Shown here: piece by piece, positions 21,470 through 29,091 of the stretch | Layout: the number at the start of each line of letters is the position of its first letter | Numbering within the stretch: position 1 is the first letter of the stretch | Source: an uncultured Bacilli bacterium | GTDB taxonomy: Bacteria; Bacillota_I; Bacilli_A; RFN20; CAG-826 | Assembly: GCA_944363565.1 (NCBI GenBank) | Contig: CALVUI010000001.1 | Span: 16,818 to 80,817, forward strand | Length of the DNA: 64,000 nt | Direction: 5' to 3' | Position numbers and translations under genes: made by a program | Notes under the pieces: generated by a model | Databases searched by the model: none | The model's input: only the letters and a program-made list of their open reading frames with translations | What the model was told of the DNA's origin: nothing

Positions 21470-24010
21470 ATGAAGAAGATTAGAATCGGTAACCTTAGGG
21501 TTACCAAACCATTCGAAAACGTTTATCGCATCGAGTATTCCAAAGCCGGAACCTTTACCGATAAGGGCACCCTTTTTTGCCCGGGGATCAAGGACGCCTC
21601 TCCCTTGGACTTCGAGGGGAGCAGCGACGAAGAGTCCCTCCAAATCTATGACGGGGAGATCAGAATCCACGTCAAGAAGGCCGAGGGATTTTACGGGGTC
21701 AAGGTCTATCAGGGGAGCAAAGAAATTTATTCTTTCAAGGAAATTGCCAACTCCGGTGAGATCCCTTTCCCCAAAGACACTCCGATTCTCTTTCCGCTCC
21801 TCGATGCCCCGAAGATCTATCTTAACGAGAATGGCTATAAGCCCCTTTCGGGAGTTAAGAACAACGGCTTTACCTTCGACGAGGAAAACTCCGACCTCTA
21901 TCTCATCCTTTGCCTAGGCGATCCGACTTCCCTGAGGAAGGGCTACATCGCCGTCACCGGCCCGACCGAGATGGTTCCTTTTTCCGCCCTCGGGGCTTGG
22001 GACTCCAAATACTTCGAATACACGGACGCCACCATCAAGGAAGAGATCGACCTCTATCATAAGTACGGCTTGCCATTAGACAACTTCGTCATCGATACCG
22101 ATTGGCGGGTCAATGACAACAACGGGGCCGGCTACTCGGTCAATACCAACGATTTTCCGGACATCGAAGCCACTTTTGCGTCCATCCACGCTGAAAAGCT
22201 CCAAGTCATGTTCAACGACCACCCCGAACCGGTCGAGGGGGCTGAGAATGCCTTCGATCCCTTGGAAGTGGCTTACCGCGAGAAGAATCTCAGGACCCTT
22301 TTGGAAAAGGGCCTCGATTATTGGTGGTATGACCGTAACTGGTGGACCCGCCTTAAGAGCCCGGTCAAGGGCCTGACCTCCGAGACCATCGGTTACTACC
22401 TTTATGACGACGTGGCCCGGTCCTACAATGCCCTCCACAAAGCTCCGTCCGGCTATCCGAAGCGGACCCTCATGATGGGCAACGTCGACCAGATCTTCAA
22501 CGGGACCTACATCGGCATCACCAACAGCGCTTCCCACCGTTACGTCATCCAATGGACCGGCGATACCAGCATGGCCGCCGAATCCCTGTCACAAGAGACG
22601 GTCGACATGCTGAAGGCCGGTAATAATTTAATCACCTACATCAGTAGCGACATCTCGGGCCATTTCGGGGATGGGGACGATGACCTTTATACCAGGTGGC
22701 TCGAACACGGGGCTTTGTCCCCGATCCTCCGCCTCCATTCCACCAAGGGGCAGAAGCGTTATCGCCAGCCCTGGCTCTATGGGAAGAAGGCTCTGAAGCA
22801 CGCCAAGGACCTATATGGCCTCCGTTATTCCCTGTTGCCACTTTATTACGCTCTTTCCCACCGCAGTTACCTAGATGGGACCCCGATCAGCGCCACCCCC
22901 GATTTCTACGGAGACAAGGATTACGACCTCAGCAAGGGAATGACGGCCATGCTCGGGCCCTCCCTCCTTTATAGCGTTCCGATTCCCGAAGACGACAACC
23001 TCCCTCTTCCCAAGGGCTCCCTCGATCTCGAGGTTTCCTATTTCAAGAACACCAAATGCAAGGGCGAACCGGTCTTGGTCAAAAAGCAGAAGTCCCTCGA
23101 CTTCGTGACCAAGCCCGACGAGTCCCTGATGCCGGAACTTCTCCCGGCTGAAAACTGGTCCCTAATTGCCAAAGGAACCATCAAAGGCGGGAAGGAAGAC
23201 TACCGTCTGGTCGTGGGATCCGACGACGGGGTTAGGGTCTATCTCGACGGCAAGTTGGTTCTCAATTCCTGGGTCGAGAGGGGCTTCTCCCTCGATGCCG
23301 GGCCGATCATCAAGGCTGGGAGTGAGCACACCATCCTCATCAAATACTTCCAAGCCGCTGGGGGCGCGGGTCTATCGCTCCGCTTCCAAAAGCTTGAGGA
23401 GAAGCTTGATCTGGTCAAGTACTACCTCCCCCATGGGGAATGGATCGATCTCTTTGATGGCAGCCTCATCAAGGCTCCGGCCCATGGTCGGAAGATGACC
23501 GGAAAGTGTCCCTTCGGGGTCTTCCCCTTCTACGTCAAAGCTGGTTCCATCATTGTCAAAGGCGAAGTGGAAGAACGGGCGGTTTCGCAAATTTGGGACC
23601 GGATTTACGTCGATATCTTCCCGGCGGCCCATGAACATTCCTTTGTCTTATATGAAGATGACCGCGTAAGCGAGGCCTATAAAGATGGCTACTTCCGGGA
23701 GACGACCTTCAAAGGGAAGAAGGTCAAGGGTGCCTATGAACTGACGGTCTCCAAGGCCGAGGGGAAAGGCTACTACGGCGACGACCAATATAGGGAACGC
23801 CAGGCCACCTTCCGTTTCCACCTCTGCGAAGGCTTTAAGGTCGAGAAGGTCTTGATGGACGGTCAGGAAATGCCCTTCAAGAAGATCGTCAAGAAGAAAG
23901 GAGCCTTCCCTCTCGCTAACCATGGGGGAGTACCCGACGCTTCCCTTATCGAGGTCGAGGCCGGCCTTCCTTTGGACCAGGAGAAGAAACTTATCTTCCT
24001 TTTGGCCTAA
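21470..24010 (+). CDS. GH31-family glycosidase with inserted PA14 domain
   Basis: PLDNFVIDTDW, DYWWYD, QWTGD, SSDISGH, ILRLHS; PA14-like GSDDGVRVYLDGK...YFQAAGGA; C-terminal LYEDD. Confidence 0.88.
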   Translation: MKKIRIGNLRVTKPFENVYRIEYSKAGTFTDKGTLFCPGIKDASPLDFEGSSDEESLQIYDGEIRIHVKKAEGFYGVKVYQGSKEIYSFKEIANSGEIPFPKDTPILFPLLDAPKIYLNENGYKPLSGVKNNGFTFDEENSDLYLILCLGDPTSLRKGYIAVTGPTEMVPFSALGAWDSKYFEYTDATIKEEIDLYHKYGLPLDNFVIDTDWRVNDNNGAGYSVNTNDFPDIEATFASIHAEKLQVMFNDHPEPVEGAENAFDPLEVAYREKNLRTLLEKGLDYWWYDRNWWTRLKSPVKGLTSETIGYYLYDDVARSYNALHKAPSGYPKRTLMMGNVDQIFNGTYIGITNSASHRYVIQWTGDTSMAAESLSQETVDMLKAGNNLITYISSDISGHFGDGDDDLYTRWLEHGALSPILRLHSTKGQKRYRQPWLYGKKALKHAKDLYGLRYSLLPLYYALSHRSYLDGTPISATPDFYGDKDYDLSKGMTAMLGPSLLYSVPIPEDDNLPLPKGSLDLEVSYFKNTKCKGEPVLVKKQKSLDFVTKPDESLMPELLPAENWSLIAKGTIKGGKEDYRLVVGSDDGVRVYLDGKLVLNSWVERGFSLDAGPIIKAGSEHTILIKYFQAAGGAGLSLRFQKLEEKLDLVKYYLPHGEWIDLFDGSLIKAPAHGRKMTGKCPFGVFPFYVKAGSIIVKGEVEERAVSQIWDRIYVDIFPAAHEHSFVLYEDDRVSEAYKDGYFRETTFKGKKVKGAYELTVSKAEGKGYYGDDQYRERQATFRFHLCEGFKVEKVLMDGQEMPFKKIVKKKGAFPLANHGGVPDASLIEVEAGLPLDQEKKLIFLLA

Positions 24011-24040
24011 AGAAAGGTATAATCAGGGGCGCAAACGCGC

Positions 24041-24127
24041 GGCCCTCTGGTGGAATGGTAGACGCGGTGGACTCAAAATCCACTGAGTGATGAGCTCGTG
24101 CCGGTTCGAGTCCGGCGAGGGCCACCA
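24041..24127 (+). tRNA. tRNA-Leu(CAA)
   Basis: GGCCCTC/GAGGGCC acceptor; anticodon arm GTGGA-CTCAAAA-TCCAC; long variable arm; CCA end. Confidence 0.95.
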
Positions 24128-24141
24128 GCCAAAACCGAGAT

Positions 24142-24172
24142 TCCGGTGTCCGAAAAAGACACCGGATTTTTT
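24142..24172 (+). terminator. Intrinsic terminator after tRNA-Leu(CAA)
   Basis: TCCGGTGTC-loop-GACACCGGA followed by T-run. Confidence 0.8.
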
Positions 24173-24222
24173 ATTCGCCCGCGAACAATCCATCGGTAGA
24201 TTGTTAATTTTGCCGAAGAGTA

Positions 24223-24236
24223 TGTAACCGCTTTCA
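24223..24236. promoter_or_regulatory. cre-like (CcpA/LacI-family) operator
   Basis: TGTAACCGCTTTCA matches cre consensus TGWNANCGNTNWCA; upstream of carbohydrate-binding lipoprotein. Confidence 0.7.
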
Positions 24237-24340
24237 TTTCACTCTTGTCGGAGAAGGGAAAAATGCATAACGTTTAGGCACAGCAATTTGTTTAGCGTGG
24301 CGATTCCTACGAATTGAAACGCGGAAAGGAGAATAAACGA

Positions 24341-25957
24341 ATGCTGAAAACCAAATGGATGTTTGGCCTGGCTGTTTTGATTGGCCTTGGCCTTGCATCT
24401 TGTAATCCTGGCACTACCAGTACCAGCACAACCAGTGAGGGTGGGGACGAGGAAAGCACCTCGGAAACCGAGCCCGATGTAGGAGGCGATGGCACGACCT
24501 CGGAAACCACTCCCGACGAGGAGGGCAAGGATCAGATTGAACACTACACCCGGACCTTCGAGATCCTCGATGGGGAAGGCAAGGCCTTCGCCAAACCCGA
24601 CTATGTCGACCTCCGCATCATCTCGAGCCTCGGCAACTGGACCGACGTCCTCGACGATAGCAACCTCCTCATTCCTGTCGAAGGGGAGGAAGGCCACTAT
24701 TCCTTCGACTTCGGAACCGTAACCAAGGGAACGGTCGTGGCCTACAAGATCGTGGCCACCACCATGGATTCCGTCTCCGTCTGGGGCTTCGAAGGCGCTT
24801 ATGTCGGCGAACTCGACGAAGGCAACAACCCCTTCTTCACCATCGAAAGCGAGGCCGATCCCGTCGTGACCGGCTGGTCCTTCACCAACCTGCCATCCGA
24901 CCCGGCTTTGGCCAAAGGATCCATCAACTTCACCGTCACTCTCAGTGACTTCGCCGCCGGGGCCGACTATGACGGCCTCGTGGTCCGTGGGTCCTTCAAC
25001 GGCTGGGCCGCCGACTTACGGATGGACCAGGATCCCGCCGATCTGACCAAGTTCACCTATACCCTCGAAGACGTGGCCCAGGGGACTTATGAGTTCCAGT
25101 TTGCCACGGTCCTAGGAACCGAACGCATCAATTACATCGGCGATGCCAATAATGGCGGTAAGAACCTCAATGTGACCATCGATGCCGACCACCTCGACCT
25201 TGACCTCAACTTCGTGGGCACGGTCCTTGGCGGCGTCACCCTCGATGCCGGCGAACCCCCGGTCCCGGTCGAGGAAATCGAAAACTACACCCGTGAGTTC
25301 GTCGTCGCCAACGTTCCGGAAGGCATGAAGATCTACATCGTCGGGGCCCTCGGTGAGGGCAAGGAATGGGTGGCCGACATGGCGACCGCCGAACGTCTGA
25401 CCAAAGTCGACGGCAAGGCCGATACCTATTCCTACAACTTCGGAACCAAGAAGGTCGGGGACGTCATCCAATACAAGCTCGTCGCTTCCTTGCTTGAAGA
25501 AGGGAGTGTTTGGGACAAGGCCATCGCCTTCGAAGGGACCTTCGCCGGCGATATGGTCAGCAACAACCCGGTCCTGACCGTCTCGACCGAGAACGATCCC
25601 GCCATCACCGAATGGTCTTGGGCCACTTGGCCGACTGCCACCATCAACCTCACCATCAACGTCACCATCACCGATCTCGTCCTCCCGGAAGGCTCGGGCC
25701 TCTATGCCCATGGCAACTTCACCGATCCCAATTGGTCTTCCTATTTGATGGAAGCCGGGGACGAGGCGAATGAATACACGGTGACCATGAAGGTCCAGAC
25801 CAACAAGGAAGCCGACTTCGGCTTTGCCGTCAAGGACATTGCCACCGAGGACCAAAGCGCCTGGATCCATGATGGAACCGCTAACCTCCACATCGAATGG
25901 GCCGACATCGCCTTCAGCTACACCGGCACCATGGCCGGGGTTAGCCTCGTCGCCTAA
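24341..25957 (+). CDS. Lipoprotein with four CBM20/48-like beta-sandwich modules (A-B-A-B)
   Basis: AAGGAG SD, lipobox LASC, S/T/E linker, repeated GxxxxW motifs (SSLGNW, GSFNGW, GALGEGKEW, GNFTDPNW); no catalytic domain seen. Confidence 0.7.
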   Translation: MLKTKWMFGLAVLIGLGLASCNPGTTSTSTTSEGGDEESTSETEPDVGGDGTTSETTPDEEGKDQIEHYTRTFEILDGEGKAFAKPDYVDLRIISSLGNWTDVLDDSNLLIPVEGEEGHYSFDFGTVTKGTVVAYKIVATTMDSVSVWGFEGAYVGELDEGNNPFFTIESEADPVVTGWSFTNLPSDPALAKGSINFTVTLSDFAAGADYDGLVVRGSFNGWAADLRMDQDPADLTKFTYTLEDVAQGTYEFQFATVLGTERINYIGDANNGGKNLNVTIDADHLDLDLNFVGTVLGGVTLDAGEPPVPVEEIENYTREFVVANVPEGMKIYIVGALGEGKEWVADMATAERLTKVDGKADTYSYNFGTKKVGDVIQYKLVASLLEEGSVWDKAIAFEGTFAGDMVSNNPVLTVSTENDPAITEWSWATWPTATINLTINVTITDLVLPEGSGLYAHGNFTDPNWSSYLMEAGDEANEYTVTMKVQTNKEADFGFAVKDIATEDQSAWIHDGTANLHIEWADIAFSYTGTMAGVSLVA

Positions 25958-25973
25958 CTCTCCTACCAAAATG

Positions 25974-26001
25974 AAAGGCCGCCCCCGGGCGGCTTTCTTT
26001 T
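25974..26001. terminator. Bidirectional-looking terminator between convergent genes
   Basis: AAAGGCCGCCC-CC-GGGCGGCTTTCTTTT. Confidence 0.7.
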
Positions 26002-26026
26002 GCTATATCGGGCTTATGCGGGGATA

Positions 26027-26278
26027 TTAGCCTTTTAGACCCCGACTTTGGCGGTCCATGTCTTCGACCACGATGTCAAAGATTTCCCCAAGGTTCGCGC
26101 AGTACTCCTAGACCTTCCAAGGCTCGTTGGTGTGGTAATGGATCTTGATGAGGGAGTCATCGCCGACCGCCAAAAGGCAGTCGCCCTTGAAGTTCTTTTC
26201 GAAGTAGATGCTGATGGCTTCTTCGCTGAGGTTCTTCCCTTCGATCAAGAGTTGGGTGTCGTAACGGTATTCGATCAT
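26027..26278 (-). pseudogene. Small DAK2/FakA-middle-domain-like gene (83 codons) interrupted by in-frame TAG
   Basis: AAAGGAG SD, MIEYRYDTQLLI...GDCLLAVGDDSLIKIHYHTNEPWKV*EYCANLGEIFDIVVEDM; TAG at 26108-26110. Confidence 0.75.
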
Positions 26279-26462
26279 GTTTGTCTCCTTTGGGGGAAAT
26301 CATAAGCCACTTCATAGGGCTTTTGGCGGGTATATCGCGATTTTGATCCTGACCCATACGGGGTTTTTGTATATGCCTTGTCCCCAAATTCCAAACGAAA
26401 ATAGCGGGGCCTAACCCCTTCGAGCCTTGAGGTTTCTTCCTTGAGAACGGATACTAAGGCCG

Positions 26463-27842
26463 ATGTCGATTCTGGCTTCTTATCTACTGCCGCATCCACC
26501 CCTCGCCATCCCCGAAATCGGGAAGGGGAAGGAAGCGATGCTTCCCTCCGTCCTCGAAGCTTTCCGCTCGGTCGGAAGGGAGATCGCTTCTTTGGCACCC
26601 GATACCATCATCATCGCCACCCCCCACGCCGAAAGCTATAGCGATTACATTCAGCTTAGCGACGGGGAAGTGGGGATCGGTTCGATGCATGACTTCGGGC
26701 ACCGGGAGATCAATTATCGGTTCCTCTATGATCGGGAACTCTCGGACGCCATATCTTCGATTGCTTCATTGCGGGGCTTTCCTGCCGGGAGCGAAGGCGG
26801 GGAGGACATGGCCCTCGACCACGGGACCATGGTGCCCCTTTACTTCATCAACCAGCATTACACCTCCTACAAGGTGGTGCGGATGGGCCTAAGCGGCCTT
26901 TCTTCCATGGACCATTACCACATGGGGATGATCATAAGGGAAGCGGTCGAAAGGCTGGGCCGCAAGGCCGTCTTCATCGCCTCCGGGGACCTAAGCCACG
27001 TTCTCAAGGACGACGGTCCCTATGGTCGCGACCCTTCTGGGGAACAATATGACCAAATCCTCGTAAATTCTTTGAAACAGGGGGATTTTGCCAGGGTTTT
27101 GGACTTGGATCCCGCTTTCGTGAGGAAAGCCAAGGTCTGCGGACACCGGGCCTTCGCCGTTCTCATGGGAACCTTGGATGGAAAGAAACCCGACATTCGG
27201 TTCTATGGTTACGAGAATGCCTTCGGGATCGGTTACGCTTCTTTTGCATTCCATCCCAAGGAAGAGGATCCCAGTCGGAACTTCATGGCCATTTATTTGA
27301 AGGACGAAAAGGAAAAGGCCGCGAGGAAGAACGCCAAGGCCTCGCCTTATGTCCGGCTTTGCCTCGAGGCTTTGAGGAAGTATCTCACCGAAGGGAAGAT
27401 CATCAGGGTGCCCGCCGACTTCCCTCCTGAGGGGAAAAGCAAGGGGAGTTGCTTCGTCACCGTCTATCTCCATGACCAACCCCATGGTTGCATCGGGACG
27501 ATCCAACCAACCAAGAGGTCCTTGGGGGAAGAAATCATCGCCAACGCCATCGAAGCGGCCACCGACGATCCCCGTTACCTGCCCATCAAGGCCGATGACC
27601 TCGATTACGTGACCTTCAAGGTCGACGCCGTCAGGGAACTCGAGGACTGCCTCGAGAGCGACCTCAATCCCAAGAGGTATGGCCTCGTGGTTTCCTACGG
27701 GCCCCGGCGCGGGGTTTTGCTACCCAACCTCCCGGAAATCGAAGACGTCCAAAGCCAGATCGAAGTGGCCAGGGAAAAGGCCGGCATCGCCAAAAGCGCC
27801 CACCTGACCTTCCAGCGTTTCAAGATCACGACCTACCGGTAG
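26463..27842 (+). CDS. amrA: AmmeMemoRadiSam system protein A (LigB/Memo-like domain fused to AMMECR1 domain)
   Basis: PHPPL, ATPH, LDHGTMVPL, ASGDLSH; then CFVT...GCIGT, DPRY, GVLLPNL. Confidence 0.88.
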   Translation: MSILASYLLPHPPLAIPEIGKGKEAMLPSVLEAFRSVGREIASLAPDTIIIATPHAESYSDYIQLSDGEVGIGSMHDFGHREINYRFLYDRELSDAISSIASLRGFPAGSEGGEDMALDHGTMVPLYFINQHYTSYKVVRMGLSGLSSMDHYHMGMIIREAVERLGRKAVFIASGDLSHVLKDDGPYGRDPSGEQYDQILVNSLKQGDFARVLDLDPAFVRKAKVCGHRAFAVLMGTLDGKKPDIRFYGYENAFGIGYASFAFHPKEEDPSRNFMAIYLKDEKEKAARKNAKASPYVRLCLEALRKYLTEGKIIRVPADFPPEGKSKGSCFVTVYLHDQPHGCIGTIQPTKRSLGEEIIANAIEAATDDPRYLPIKADDLDYVTFKVDAVRELEDCLESDLNPKRYGLVVSYGPRRGVLLPNLPEIEDVQSQIEVAREKAGIAKSAHLTFQRFKITTYR

Positions 27843-28249
27843 GTCCGATAACGCTTGTATAACCACTTGGCCAACAAGACCTTGTTTTTCCTTACTTCCC
27901 CGTCGTCCCCATAACGGTAACCTAGTTTCCGAAAATAGGGGACGAGGTCGGTCGGAGCCTCCACCGACATCATCTTGCCCCCGATGCTCCTGGCCTTGGT
28001 TTCCAGATAAAGGAGGGCGTATTTGCCGAGTTTTTGGCATCTGACTTCCTTTAGGACCTCTAGTTGGACGATGCGGTATTCGCTGGGGGTGATTTCCCTC
28101 ATGACCCCGACGGCTATGGCATGTCCGTCTTTGCCTATGACAACTCTCCAGACCGCGGTGTCCGCGTTATGTATTGGATCCGCGCCAAGGGCCTGGCAGG
28201 CCATCAGGTACTTTTTATCCTCGTGGGCGTGGAAGGAACTCTCTATCAT
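27833..28249 (-). CDS. GNAT-family acetyltransferase
   Basis: QLEVLKEVRCQKLGK motif A, YFRKLGY; start at ATG 28249 or 28267. Confidence 0.75.
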   Translation of the reverse strand: MIESSFHAHEDKKYLMACQALGADPIHNADTAVWRVVIGKDGHAIAVGVMREITPSEYRIVQLEVLKEVRCQKLGKYALLYLETKARSIGGKMMSVEAPTDLVPYFRKLGYRYGDDGEVRKNKVLLAKWLYKRYRTYR

Positions 28250-28284
28250 CTTTTTTATTATCGGCATAAGAGGATAATAACGGG

Positions 28285-28947
28285 GTGAAAAAGTTCTTCG
28301 ATTACTTCAGCCGGACCTTCAGCCGCGAATACCATCCTTACAAGATCCCGGCCTTCGGCTTTGCCCTTATTGGCCTTGTCTTCTTTTTGACCTCCACCGT
28401 CTATTCGGCGGTCGTCGATGGCATCGCCCTCATCGGCAATCCCATGACCCTCATCAATATCCTCTTCTATCTTTTGGTTTATTACCACCTCGTCTACTTC
28501 AACTACGTCGATAATGGTTTGGCCTACAACGGTCTCCTCTACTTCGTCTTTTCCGAGGTCATCAACACCCTCCTGATGATCCTCGCCCAAGGGGCCAATT
28601 TCATCGTCTCCCTCTTCACGATGGAACCGATCTTCATCGCCGCGACCTTCCTGCAGCTGGCCTTCACGGTCTTGACCGCCGTCAGCGGCATCTTCCTCTA
28701 CATCCGTTCGAGGGCCTATGTGAATGGCCGTTACTACAAGTGGGACGTGGTTAGGAACTGGGCCCTGGTCTTCACGATTTTGAGTGTCCTGACGGTCTTA
28801 GCCACCGTCTTCTTCCTCGCCGTCCCTTTCATCATCGATGGCCTTCCCTTTACCACCCTCTATGTCTTCATGTTCCTAGAACTCCTATCCCCGGTTTGTA
28901 TCGCCCTTTCCTGCTTTTTCACCCTCATGCGCCTAAAAGGGTTCTAA
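28285..28947 (+). CDS. Hypothetical multi-pass membrane protein
   Basis: About six hydrophobic segments; host-like codon usage. Confidence 0.75.
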   Translation: MKKFFDYFSRTFSREYHPYKIPAFGFALIGLVFFLTSTVYSAVVDGIALIGNPMTLINILFYLLVYYHLVYFNYVDNGLAYNGLLYFVFSEVINTLLMILAQGANFIVSLFTMEPIFIAATFLQLAFTVLTAVSGIFLYIRSRAYVNGRYYKWDVVRNWALVFTILSVLTVLATVFFLAVPFIIDGLPFTTLYVFMFLELLSPVCIALSCFFTLMRLKGF

Positions 28948-28980
28948 ACCTCCTTCCTTCTTTGTGTTAACATATGGCCC

Positions 28981-29068
28981 GCCAAAGGGGAGTAGCTCTC
29001 TAGGCCCATCCCGACATACCGCCGCAAGGCCGGGACGGCCGGACCCTAAGTCGAGCAAGACCGATGGT
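28981..29068 (+). ncRNA. yybP-ykoY (Mn2+-sensing) riboswitch
   Basis: AAAGGGGAGTAGC...CGACATAC...GCAAGACC signature directly upstream of a cation P-type ATPase. Confidence 0.85.
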
Positions 29069-29091
29069 ATAGATAGATAGAAAGGACCCCT

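Noticed and set aside
26108-26110. Genome-wide stop-codon reassignment suggested by the in-frame TAG
   Set aside because: TAG, TGA and TAA all terminate conserved genes at expected lengths, and the only tRNA-Trp seen has a CCA anticodon
26279-26460. Possible riboswitch in the divergent intergenic region
   Set aside because: Only short, weak stems and no recognisable aptamer consensus
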